Assembly (NCBI RefSeq): GCF_964204645.1
Contig: NC_134025.1
Location: 9,052,001-9,116,000, forward strand
Direction: 5' to 3'
DNA from: Tubulanus polymorphus
Taxonomy: Eukaryota; Animalia; Nemertea
DNA length: 64,000 nt
Notes under the pieces: generated by a model
The model's input: only the letters and a program-made list of their open reading frames with translations
Database searches by the model: none
What the model was told of the DNA's origin: nothing
Position numbers and translations under genes: made by a program
Shown here: one piece after another, positions 50,800 through 62,918 of the stretch
Position numbering within the stretch: position 1 is the stretch's first letter
Layout of the letters: the number at the start of each line of letters is the position of its first letter

Positions 50800-50868
50800 G
50801 GAGTCAGTTTCATAAAAAAGGTTTAAAATCGATTTGCGAGTTAAACTTTTTTTTGTGAAACTGGACCC
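50800..50868. repeat. Small imperfect hairpin MITE
   Basis: cagtttcataaaaaaggtttaa / ttaaactttttttgtgaaactg inverted pair. Confidence 0.55.
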
Positions 50869-51196
50869 TGAACTTTAATTTTTGTTTAGCTCAAATCAAG
50901 TTATCTCTGCACGTCACTTAGTGCAAAACCACGACCAGTTATTCCTCCATTCATTATTGTGCCAGCAGATACTGATCTATCCATGACACTGGACCGACCC
51001 TGTCCGCTGCATACTGACCCACAAACACAAACAAAACATCTAACGAAATCAATACTTGGTTTATTTAATCAATTTAAAAGGAAATCCATACCTATTGTTC
51101 ATAAATAATGAATACATTATATATATTATAAAATTTGGACATAATTGCTTTACACTTATAAAACAAACATCTTACGCTGAATCTAAGTCCATTTGT

Positions 51197-51204
51197 TAAT
51201 AATG

Positions 51205-51251
<47 letters not shown>
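51197..51251. repeat. (AAT)n microsatellite
   Basis: Directly visible. Confidence 0.9.
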
Positions 51252-51253
<2 letters not shown>

Positions 51254-51661
51254 AATGATGATTTATTTTCTTAACATAACGCATTATCTAATTACACAGT
51301 AATCTCTGCGCTTAAAATGACAGATGGGAACTGAGAAAGCGGTGTAAGTTGATGATGCATTTTATTCAGTTTCTATTCCGCAATTCTAAAGGGTGCTAGT
51401 CCCAGTTGTTGGACACAGAAATTGGGACATGTGTTCAAAGTCATTTTTCGACATTGAGTACAAAGTTCACAGGTCGGACTACACTCACTATCTATGAATA
51501 ATGCATGGTAGCGTTTCATGAATTTGCGCAACAGGTCCAATTCTTAGTTGGGTCAAATTCTCAAAACACCGAACCACCTAAAGCTTAGATTCAATATTCT
51601 AGCACGTCACGAATAACCATAACAAAAACATATTCCAATATGAAAAACAGTAGTATGCGCT

Positions 51662-54600
51662 TCAAGCACTTTTGTTATGCGTTACATGCATAGTATGTTC
51701 ACCCCGAACAATATGCGAAGAAAATTCGTATTTATCTCGCGACAAATAACCGCAGATGTTGCATTCGAGAGCGTTACGAAAACCGTGACAACCCATATGA
51801 ATAGTATACATCACATGGTCCATAAATATGATATCGCAAGTCGAACAGACGTATTGTTTCCGCAGTAACTGTTTGTTGATCGAAGTCGATTGTTTTTTCG
51901 CGTTCGACGGTGGAATCGTACTCGACGACGGCGATTCTTGACTAGACGCCGAGATGATCGATGAACTCGAACTAAGTCTTCGTTTCGCTTTCATCGGCGA
52001 GATCTGAGAGTAACCTTTCGATGAGTCCAAACCGATCATCGGTAGACTGTTCGTGCTGTTTCCAGCTGGCCAGTATATACCGGCGGATTGAATGCGATGA
52101 GTTTTTGGTGACTCATGCGTGCTAACGTTCGGCGAGACGATACCCGTAACGCTCTGACGAGATAATAAATTCTTAATACCCGGAAATCTCCGCGGACTAC
52201 CATCCTCGCTATGATCGGAACCGACTGCAGCCCATCGTGGCTCCAGATCTTCCGAACTCGTGTTCGGTGAACTCAGTCTATGTCGTTTCATTTGCACATC
52301 TTGATCGGCGAGCATTTTACGTTTTTCCCCTCCTGATGACCAAGTATTCAACACCGCTTGGTTACTGTCATTGTCCTGCAATACAGTTTTAAGATAGATA
52401 TCAACCAGCTGTTAGATATTTGGTAAATGCATTTAACAAAGTACACTATGAAAAAAAAAGTATAAAAAACAGACTCAAAATCCTGATCAGTTAATTCTGG
52501 ATTATAATCATTTATGGATATTGTCTATGTACTCAAAAGTACCTTCAGTAGACTCCGCCCATAGCGGTAGCACCTGGACCGGCATAACTACTGTTCTAGC
52601 TAGACAAATTACGGTATTGATTTTCTGGTTTTTTTGCACATGGACAAATGCTAGGGACAGAAAATCTTTTCAGTTCTACCGGTTTGAACAGATTACGCAT
52701 TAGACCGGTACCACTATAGGCCGAGTCTACTGAACATAAAATTTAATATAGAATTTTAATCCTGATTTCTCCATATATCAGATCATTTTCATCAGTATCA
52801 ACTGTAGGTAAGGCTAAAAAGATTAAAACCTTGTGTCTCATTTGTTGACACAGCCGGCCATCTATCAACCCTGTACATAACTATTTTTTTTAAATCATGA
52901 TCAAGCTAACCATTACAGATCGGGCAGCTATAGAAATGAACTGATTACAAACTCAATTGCAGTTTACAAAATGACCCAGCCGATTATGAGAAACAAAGTA
53001 TGAACTTATTTGCCTAATGAATGTATGTTATGAGCCTACTCGTAATTCAGACAGAACCAAATGAACCAATGAAATCAGCTGCTTACTTCAGAACTAATAC
53101 TGTGTTGATCGTTGTCAGTACCCAATAATTCCACGGTCGTCATTCCAGATGTTGTTACATCAGTTTTCATTTTCGACAAATCAACGGCATTTTGTTCACC
53201 TGTATCTTGAGTACTCAGATCTAACCCGCAATCTGGCTGTTCTAGGCTCGAATCATCGATGCTTGTCATAAACTTATTTGAGTGGTCAAAAACTGGCCTA
53301 CATTCACTGATCATTCCATAACCGCTGCAATCATTTCTGATCGGACTAATGGAACTGTACTTGCCACTCAAATCGTAGGATCTCGAATAGTGCGGGCTTT
53401 CTGTATGAGAAAAAAAAAACTTCAGTATTCAGAATGACTTAAAGTAAATTTTGATAACCTACTTATTACATGTACTTACGTTCTTGTTTTAAGTTGGCTT
53501 GCTCCTTTTTGATCAACTGAATTCGTTCTAATGTCGACACTTGAACTTGAACAGCATTGCTGAAAAAAATCAGCACCAAAATATATTGCATTTGTAGGTT
53601 TGAACGCATACATGAGGCGTAGGCCTATGGAAAATCTATTAACATTAGAACGTAAATCCTAAGTAAGTGTTTATAAGGACTAATAAATAGCCTCTGCAGA
53701 AAAAGCAATTGGGTCTTGGTAAAAATGGCATATCACAGAAATAAGAAATCCCTTCATACCCATTAACCAAAATCTAGCTCCCAGAAATGCAGTGGTTAAA
53801 CATACCCAAAATTTGAATGACTGATTAAGGATTGTTGAGGAAGACTTTCTTCATTACCCATTCCAGTAATTAACTGTTGTTCTTCAGATATAAACAATGA
53901 AGCATCCGTTATAGATTTCTCAACCGGACTGACTAGATTAAGTGGCGTAAGATCACTAAATGGTGATACTGGTTGCTGTACGCTATCGTCTGCACTTTCA
54001 CAACTGGATACTGGTCCTAGATATCAAATGAACAAAAACATTCAATTCATGGACTCGAAAAAAGATATAGGCATCTTTTCTTCAAATCTAACTCAACATT
54101 TTTCGAATCAACTTACTTGATTCACTTAGCGGTTTCACGAGTTTAGCATTGCGCATTAAATGGCAGCGCTTAGACTTCGGTACATCGGGATGATCGGAAT
54201 CAAAATGTTGACGTAATTCCACCTGAGACACAAATGTTGAATTCGAACACAATTTACAGTTGTACGATACGGAGAGTTCTGTATGTCTCAAAAGATGAAC
54301 CTAGAAAATCAATTTCAAAAAAGTTGTTTCAATTATTTTTACCTAGATGCTTAGAAGTTTAAGAAAAAAGAATTCAGAACCCTGGTTACACAGTTATGAG
54401 TAAGAAAAAACTCTACAGTTAATATAGTTTGTCTTAAATCATTTTACTCTAATTCAACTCACAACTATGAAACCTTGGGTCCTGGAAACTTAGAATCTAT
54501 ATTCAAATCAATTACACGAGAATCAAATTAGAATCAAATGGACATAAAATTCATGAACGTGAGACGAATCATGAACCACATTCAAACCTTGGCAGTCGTC

Positions 54601-55610
54601 GACTAACATAATGTAAGATTGTTGATAAGAATGAAGTAATGCGTCATGGTATGAACTTCAAATGAGAGCGGACAATGTACATATTGAAAGAGATAAACCA
54701 ATGATTGCCAAACACGTCGTAAATGGCCATCAGAGTGCGCAAATATCAAATTTCAATGCAACATCATAAAACAGATCGCTTAGAATGAATAATGATATGA
54801 TTATAATTAAATGACTTCGCAAGATGAAAGCCATTGATCATCACTCTTGAAATATCCACCTTCAATGTCTCTTTTCGTTTGCTCGCAAAGTCGCAAAATG
54901 AACACTTGTACTTCTTTTGAGCCGTATGAACTTGCATATGTCGAGTCAAATTACCGTTCTGCGTAAATGACATACCACAGACTTTGCACTGAAAGGGACG
55001 TTCTCCTAAAATAGATCACACGGTAGTTTACACAATCTTATCAGAAGAAAGAAAAGTGTCAAGAAAAAAAAACTGAATTCAATTCCTTCTCAAATGGTTT
55101 CAGCAGCATAAAACCTTAAAAAATGGATATTAAGAAGAAAAAATTGAAATTTCTGTGAACCTTATGGATAATAACAAAGAAATTCAAATTATCTTTAATA
55201 AATGGACGCGTTCGAGATTTCATTATATCAGTCAAAACCACTACCATATTGATACTACCACTTTAATCTAGTTCGATATGAACTTTGAAACCATGAATTC
55301 TGGTTGTTTATCAAGTCTTATGGTGTTGGTTCAAGTGCTTTCAAAACTGGTTATTTCTGGTTGTTTTAATCAATTCGATCAATACGTATACGTCAATGAA
55401 CGGCTATCAATGGTTTCTGCTATCAGATCCAGAAAATAGATAATAACTGATCATTTTACCTGTATGAACCCGCACGTGAGTTTGTAGACATCCACGAGAT
55501 GGCGCCACATATGGACATAGTGGACACTTATTTGGGAAAGTCTCTTCTTCAGAAGACACAGTTGTCAAAGTCTCAGTCCATATTTCGATGTCTGTGGACT
55601 TTTCGTCCAT
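51662..55610 (-). CDS. Ikaros-family (IKZF) C2H2 zinc finger transcription factor with 4 N-terminal and 2 C-terminal fingers
   Basis: Finger 2 is [22 protein letters not shown]; C-terminal [51 protein letters not shown] closely matches the Ikaros dimerisation fingers; about 7 coding exons. Confidence 0.9.
52545..52734. mobile_element. Degenerate Tc1/mariner-like MITE in an intron
   Basis: Inverted repeat ttcagtagactc.gcc.atag.ggta / taccactataggccgagtctactgaa; no intact TA TSD. Confidence 0.6.
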
Positions 55611-56309
55611 TCTTGTGACTAGATTTAGCTATCCATTCCAATATATGATAAACTGAAAAACAAATTGAACATATCATACTAAACTCGATCGTTCCTTTCA
55701 GTACATCTAAACTACCGGGGTACATTTCTATTTGTCAATGCTTAGTTTATTCAACTAGACAATAGCTCGCATAGAGAATAAGGCCGACAACTAATCAATG
55801 TAATTTAGTCCTAAGTTATCTGAAAGTCCCCATTAGGATAATGCTCCGATGATTACTCCCAAGGCTATGGTTAGCTTGATCATGATTTCAAAAATAGTTA
55901 ATGTACAGGGTAGATAGATTGCCAGCCGGGTCAACTTTGAAGCTCAGCAGAAATGAGAAACAAAGCATCAATTCTTTTTAGCATCTTTCCAAAAGAAATT
56001 GCAGGTACTGGTCTATTGGTAATACGGTCAGAATAGTAGAACAATAAAGTCTTTCTGTTCCTAGAGTTAGTCAAGTGAAAAAAATCTGAAAGTCAATACC
56101 AGTAACCTTTTGCGGGTCCTGGCGCTACTGCCATAGGCAGAATCTGCTGTACTCATAAAGCAACTTATGAAATGTAAAGAATTCTAAAGATTTTTCCGAT
56201 TATCTAAAAAAACTTTATTTCTCCACAAATGAATATTCTTTTATTACATCATTACATCATTTATTTTCATAATGAATAGATGCAAGCCCTCATATAAAGA
56301 GCGTAATTA

Positions 56310-57266
56310 CTAAGATGGTGGAGGCGGAGGTGGAGCAGGGGGTGCAGGAGGAGGAGGAATATTACCCAATTGTGGAATACCCGGTGGAGGTACAGGTGGT
56401 GGGGGCGGAGCACCAGGAGGTGGAACAGGAGGTGGTGGAAAATCACCAATAGGCGGGGCTCCAGAAGGAGGGGGAGGAGGACCATAGTTTGACATTCCAG
56501 GGGGTGGTGGAACGGGCGGCGGTCTACCCATAGGTCTCATCGGGGGAGGACCCATTCCCATCTGCATTCCTGGAGGACCCATCTGCTGGTTCGGAATATC
56601 ATCTGACAGCATCAACTTCTGATCAGCCTTGAACGCGAACTGCAAAAAGAACTGTTTAGTCTCTTTATTCCAGTGCGTCCACAGTTTCTTCGGATCTTTA
56701 TCGACTTCGCGACTCGGAACTTTAAATGCGATTGTTTCGTACGGCTCGGCGGCGAATAAGAGATACTGCCATTTTCTGTCGGGTGGCTCGACTTTCTGTT
56801 CGTACGCTGCCATGAATCGATGTCGCGGAGTGATGCTTTCGACTATTTCCGGGTAATCGATCTGATACAGCAGACTCTGCTGCCCGGTCTCCGGATCTCT
56901 CTGCTTCGTTACTTTGTAACCGGGTCGACCAATTTTAACGAATTTCTTAATGTCGACGCGAGCTTTCTCCGGCGCCGGCTGAGCGGGCGCGTCTTTTGCT
57001 TCTTTGGCGGCACGACGCGCCAGATTAGCTTGATGTTTCTTCCCTTGCGTATGAGCGAGGTAACTTCCTTCATTGTTGTGCAGTGTGAGACACAATTTAC
57101 ATTCGTACGAACCGAGATGGTTTTTCATGAAATACGGATCTTTGTTAATGTCAATTGTCTCCAGTGCCAACTGCCGCAGTCGCTCCCTTCTGTCTCTGTT
57201 GGATTCGGATGATGAGGCTACCCCACCGGTACCAGTCTTTCCTCCAGCGCGGTGCTGAAAATCCAT
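56310..57266 (-). CDS. SF3A2: Splicing factor 3A subunit 2, intronless CDS
   Basis: MDFQHRAGGKTGTGGVAS, RRERLRQLALETID, matrin-type finger YECKLCLTLHNNEGSYLAHTQGKKH and a proline-rich tail. The true ATG is at 57266; 5'-UTR intron at 57292-57457. Confidence 0.97.
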   Translation of the reverse strand: MDFQHRAGGKTGTGGVASSSESNRDRRERLRQLALETIDINKDPYFMKNHLGSYECKLCLTLHNNEGSYLAHTQGKKHQANLARRAAKEAKDAPAQPAPEKARVDIKKFVKIGRPGYKVTKQRDPETGQQSLLYQIDYPEIVESITPRHRFMAAYEQKVEPPDRKWQYLLFAAEPYETIAFKVPSREVDKDPKKLWTHWNKETKQFFLQFAFKADQKLMLSDDIPNQQMGPPGMQMGMGPPPMRPMGRPPPVPPPPGMSNYGPPPPPSGAPPIGDFPPPPVPPPGAPPPPPVPPPGIPQLGNIPPPPAPPAPPPPPPS

Positions 57267-58259
57267 CTTCAATTTTCTTTCGAATCAAAATCTGAAATAT
57301 AAAATGGCTCAAATTAAGCTCTAAACATTCACATATATTTTTCTATTGATGCAACCAAAAAGTCTACTTATCAATACTGGTATAGCACAAAAAACTTGCG
57401 ATATTTTGCATTGAAATTTAAACAAATACAAAATATAGTAGTAGAGCTACAACTCACCAAGTTTTAAGAAGACTCAGTGCTTGCTGTTCCAACAAAGCTA
57501 CCAAAGCTATACCAGTACCAGCATTAGAGAAATACACAAAATGGCTGCAGTCAACGACATAATCGACAAAACAATTCAGACATATTAAGAGTCAGTAGTG
57601 CCAATGAGAGCAAAAGAGATCAAATTGTTAGTCAGGGTCACTAAGTATAGGTCACTAGACGGTTGGATTTATGATTGAAGCTAATAATGTTTGAGAAAAC
57701 TGTACATAACGATTGTTTCAGTTGTCGTGGTCAGGACTGGGGGTTGACTAAGTCGATACGCAATCATACTCAGCATCCTCTGAACTCTTTTCTTTTCAGA
57801 CTTATATGCTTTACCGGAAAAAACTAATTAACCGTCATCACACACAACGAACAACAGTTTCCGGAGTGGGTGTTATGTCATTACCTCTTCTTGAGAGTCT
57901 TGACTTGACTTTAAGCTATTAATTCACAATCAAGGTCTTAGAAAGCAGGGTAATTAGTTATTCGGAAAGTTGGTGGTAGCGTGTAAGAGCTAAGTTACGA
58001 TTAACAACGCAATAAAACGGGAGGGTTGTTCAGTTTGTTGAGTTGTTTTGATTGAAATTGAATTGGTTAGGCAAAATTTCCGGTTATTCTTTTGAATTTT
58101 CAACCTCTCACTAAATGTTATGGGTCAATATTTACAATATTTACTAGCGCTATTTTACTTGCACTTTAAGCTAGTCTAATCAGATTCTATAGCAGAATAA
58201 CTTACATGGTTAAAAAATGGATTTTATTCGATGTTTTATCAACCGGATGTCGAGAAACC

Positions 58260-58790
58260 GTACAACATGGCGGCCACAACACATCCGGTACTAAAAAGTC
58301 GAAAAATAATTAGACTGGTTACCTGTCCCCCGCATAACCGATAACCAGTCTAAAAAATAATCAGCATTTTGTATTTTCTTTCAAAAAAGTGAATACTATA
58401 TATTCAAAAATAATATTTATAGAAAAAAACCGCACAAAAATAGTTTCACCGAAAAAATATGTACCACCAAATACATTTAGTGACGTCACACCAACTCTCT
58501 GGCTCTTCTATCTATAAAGCAATTCCCCTTTTATTGATAAATAACTTTTTTTACGAAATTCCGTTCTCATCTCTCCCAAAAAAATATATTTTGAGGCCAG
58601 CAAATCTTTTTGCTCATTTCCAGTGTGATATATTGTGAAACATGGTTTATCGCCGATATGTAACGGTAGTAGGAGGACGACGGATCAGCCAAAACATTTA
58701 TTATTAATTGGTTTCAAAATGGCTGCCTGTTCTGGTGTGTTGCGATTTGGAATTTAGTAAATAAGATTAACGAAATCACGCGTTATTGTA
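58260..58790 (+). promoter_or_regulatory. Probable promoter and non-coding first exon of a plus-strand gene that continues beyond the window
   Basis: YY1-like aacatggcggcc (58264) and caaaatggctgcc (58715), CRE TGACGTCA (58481-58488) and a strong donor GTAAGT at 58788. Confidence 0.45.
58311..58352. mobile_element. 42-bp micro-MITE
   Basis: TIR tagactggtta / taaccagtcta flanked by the direct repeat AAAAATAAT (58302-58310 and 58353-58361). Confidence 0.6.
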
Positions 58791-60204
58791 AGTAAAACAC
58801 TTCAAATTTATGTAAATCGTGAAAACTATCGATGTGTCTTACCATCCCTGCCGATGGCATTGGTATTATGCATGGTTTTGAATATGAAGCTGATGAATTG
58901 AATACGTGTCGTGTGTGTTGTTGGTGTTTGTTGTGCGTGTGTCGTGTGTACTACTTACTATACTGAACTGTGTGGTGGTGAACTGCAACTGGCGTACGCT
59001 GACCACACACTGATAACATGAGTGTTCACTCTACAGGAGTGTCATCTATTTGTCAGTCAGTCTGGCTACATTAATTTCAGGCTAAAGTTTAAAGTTTAGT
59101 TCGACCTATCACTTCCAATCACATTATTGTCATACATTTTTGACAGTATATAGTTGGTAAAAACAATGCTTGTGTTGTGACGTGTGTTAATGTAGCACAT
59201 GTTCATCATGTTGTGATCCGCTAGTGTTGTTTTGCAAGGTAAAGCAGTGTTGGCTTTTATGCCTATTTGACTTCATTATCAGACTCAGCGTATGGCTATC
59301 ATTTTAGATAGCCTAAATGTGTTGGGTAGGCTCTTCTTAAGTGATCGATTAACTATGTTGATAACCACTGGCTTTTCTAAGATTCAAAAATGCTAATTCA
59401 CTAAAGTAACTCCTTCATTTAATGTCTTTGTCAATACTAGATCCATTTGACTTAAGATCTAATAGGCCTACCAATGTGGTTGCAATAGAATATTCTATAC
59501 CCTGTAACAGATTCATGAATCAGTTTGTTAATATTATTTAATACCGATAGGTTTGTGCATACTGATATCAGGGTCACCATCTGAAATGAAATGGAAAATA
59601 ACCTTTCATGACCTGAGCCACAAGAGGTACGCCTAGGGCTACAATATTTCAGTGATCGACAAAATGGAGCACATGTTTGATTTTGACAGGTCTGCTGGAG
59701 AAGTGCGGTTAGAGCACTTCTATTCTGTATCAGTTGTAATCAGCTCCATTTACTTTGCAGGTCTTGATATGATCACTTGCAGAATATGCTCAGAGAATAA
59801 GGTGATAAAAGTTGTAGGAAAGATGCAGCTTGTCCATCATCTTAACTGTTTACCCATCTGGAATCTGTAAGCCACAGATGGTTGTTATCTTTCCATTTCG
59901 CAGGTGTGCGTTAAGATTTTTTGCTTTCATGTTTTTTTTCTTCATCTGTTCCAGCACGCCACCATGCAGGTGCACTCCATTCTATCACCTTAGACCTACA
60001 GGTCACACTATTCTGTAGGCCCTTACTGATGGGCTTACACGGTGACTTGTACTTGTACGATAAGAAATCTTATAATAACAGACTGCAACTTCTCTTGAGA
60101 CCTATTGACTCTAATGATTATGTTCTTGTGGAGCCAAAATGGTTAGAGCTTGGCGAGACTTGAAAACTGATTCTGATTATATTCGCTTGTTATGTTCGAT
60201 GTAA

Positions 60205-60516
60205 CACTTGTTTCCATATGGTCTCGCTTTTCAAAACTTGCGGATACCCCGGTATATCTGGGTCTATTTCTAGGATCTGACTCAATATTCAGTTGCTGTT
60301 TCTTCTTGGATTTTCCGTACATCTACATCTCTTGGTGTCATATACCAGTAGGCTTTATGGCACTTGTTTCCATATGGTCTCGCTTTTCAAAACTTGCGGA
60401 TACCCCGGTATATCTGGGTCTATTTCTAGGATCTGACTCAATATTCAGTTGCTGTTTCTTCTTGGATTTTCCGTACATCTACATCTCTTGGTGTCATATA
60501 CCAGTAGGCTTTATGG
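60205..60516. repeat. Perfect 2 x 156-bp tandem duplication
   Basis: cacttgtttccatatgg...ggctttatgg repeated at 60205 and 60361. Confidence 0.92.
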
Positions 60517-62013
60517 CACATGTATATATTCTATTGTATTTAGTTTTGTCCAGTGAAATGAGTAGACCTAGACGCCTATATATATTTTTTTATGACTTAA
60601 TTTATTTGATCTTCAATTGCCCTCTCGTGTAGAACTAGTTGTTCTATCTATTGTTATTGTGATAACCCAAATATTCCAATCTAAGACGAGAGATGATCAA
60701 TTATTAAGGTTCACCTGGGCCTCATCGTGTGAGTCATCGTATTTTTGGCTCTGAACCGGTTCATATTATCAAGGGTGGGGCATGTTTTCATGTGAACTTC
60801 GCAGACTTTCTTTTTATCATAACCATCTGCTCAAAATAATGGCTTCAATGATGCCATTATAATTGTTTTGAAATTGTACGTGAAAGTAAAATTCAGAGAA
60901 GGATGGGCTGTGTCTATTCACGGATGGCGTATTCCATTCAAATCATGATTAGGCTTTTGAGTGTAAGGATGGTTACCTATAGTGTGATCGAATTTTATTT
61001 CCCTGTACGAAAGAAAAAAAAACGCTATAGAGTTTGAATATTCATTTCTAAATGATATAGGCCTATCAACAGATGCCAAGGATTGCTAATATCCTGGCAG
61101 TCTCTCATTATTCGTCTCTTGACGTATGTGCTGCTGGTGATATGACATATTGCGCGACAGGTATCTTAAAATTCATGAGGCTGCTGCTGCTGCTGTGGCC
61201 ACCGATTTGGATGATGCTGGTGTGTATTATAGATGTCAGGCAATTGTATTGGTTACCATGGCGATATCATGATTATAACTTGCCGGGTCATGCATTACGC
61301 TGTGCGGATACGGAATGAGATGTCTAGAAGAATTTACCGCCCAGCTAGTCGAGACTATGTTCCATTGGCCGAGTCATATTTCATAGTTGCGATGAGAATC
61401 GTGTTTATATCGGCATAATTCATAAACCCTGAGTTATTATCGCGCTATCTGCAAATAGGGCTACATGTTGTTACTATTGTCATATCTGAAGATTTATGCG
61501 TAGTAGTCCTTTTTGTAAATTCTACCCTAAGTTAAGCCAACACACAAGAAGACAGTTTAAAGAGTGACATTGGTCGAAGAATTTCTAGAACAATGTATAC
61601 ACCAGTTATTAATTAAAATTCTAATTCAACTAGGGAATGTATGTATAATATTTTTGTTTCAATGAATTGTGAAATCGGGGAATCCGGTTCTAATTAAAAC
61701 TGATCTATAGGGACAATTAGGCCTACTCAATCCAATCGCAGGCTTCATTTTTTTATGCCGTAAAAACCGCTACAAAGATATATCGATTTATATTGATTTA
61801 TTTTAGGGCTAATGTAGAGTCGATGTGCATAACATCATTGATATTGACGTCTCAAAATATCAATTACAAATGTGAAAATTGGCATCTATTTTGTTATCAC
61901 TTAGATTTCATATTTTCTAATTAATTAATTCTTACACATTTTTTACGATGGGTTGAGATATGTCATCAGTATTGAGTCTGCTTGCCGGGCAAATCAAATT
62001 GATTCAATCGACA

Positions 62014-62041
62014 ATATGTTCAAATTATATATATGTATGTA

Positions 62042-62140
<99 letters not shown>

Positions 62141-62167
62141 TATGTTCAAATTATATATATGTATGTA

Positions 62168-62257
<90 letters not shown>

Positions 62258-62284
62258 TACATACATATATATAATTTGAACATA

Positions 62285-62372
<88 letters not shown>
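62014..62372. repeat. Compound (TA)n/(TG)n microsatellite with duplicated and inverted unique linker
   Basis: The unit atgttcaaattatatatatgtatgtatgtgtgtg occurs twice forward and once inverted, separated by long TA runs. Confidence 0.92.
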
Positions 62373-62374
<2 letters not shown>

Positions 62375-62709
62375 CTTAATATTATCGACAATGAATAATA
62401 TAGTGAAAATATACATTTTTCATGAATTGAATTTTAAGGACCAATGAAGTTATTATGGATTTGAATATATTAATCAAAAGTTATTATTGAAATTTCTCAA
62501 AAATGAAATAGATGAGAGTCTTGAAATATATCCAAAATTGTTTATGGATATTTTTTTATTGGTGACGTAGCATGAAAACCGACTCACGTAGAACCCCTTT
62601 TAAATAACGCATACTAGGTATCGTTGTATATAGACATTATTTAAAGGGTTTTTACTGCATTAAGAACTAATATACCATTTATAATGTTATTTATTGTTGA
62701 TAATATTAA

Positions 62710-62918
62710 CCCTTTCAGTGCTGATTGACCCTATGGTGCTGGAGATGATTTGAAAATTTTGAAAAATTCCACCCTAGTGTGTTGAATAACGGGGGTGCCA
62801 CTAAAGGGGGTCTGAAGTACGGTGAAGGATTTTGCTAGTACACCGCAGTTCGGTGGTGTACTAGCAAAATCCATCACCGATTTATACACCGCACTGCAGT
62901 GTAGATGCAGTGAAAGGG
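62710..62918. mobile_element. piggyBac-type MITE, 209 bp
   Basis: TTAA-ccctttca.tgc ... gca.tgaaaggg-TAAA; internal hairpin at 62820-62879. Confidence 0.75.

Noticed and set aside
61953-62398. YIYI-rich ORFs
   Set aside because: Translations of a (TA)n microsatellite.
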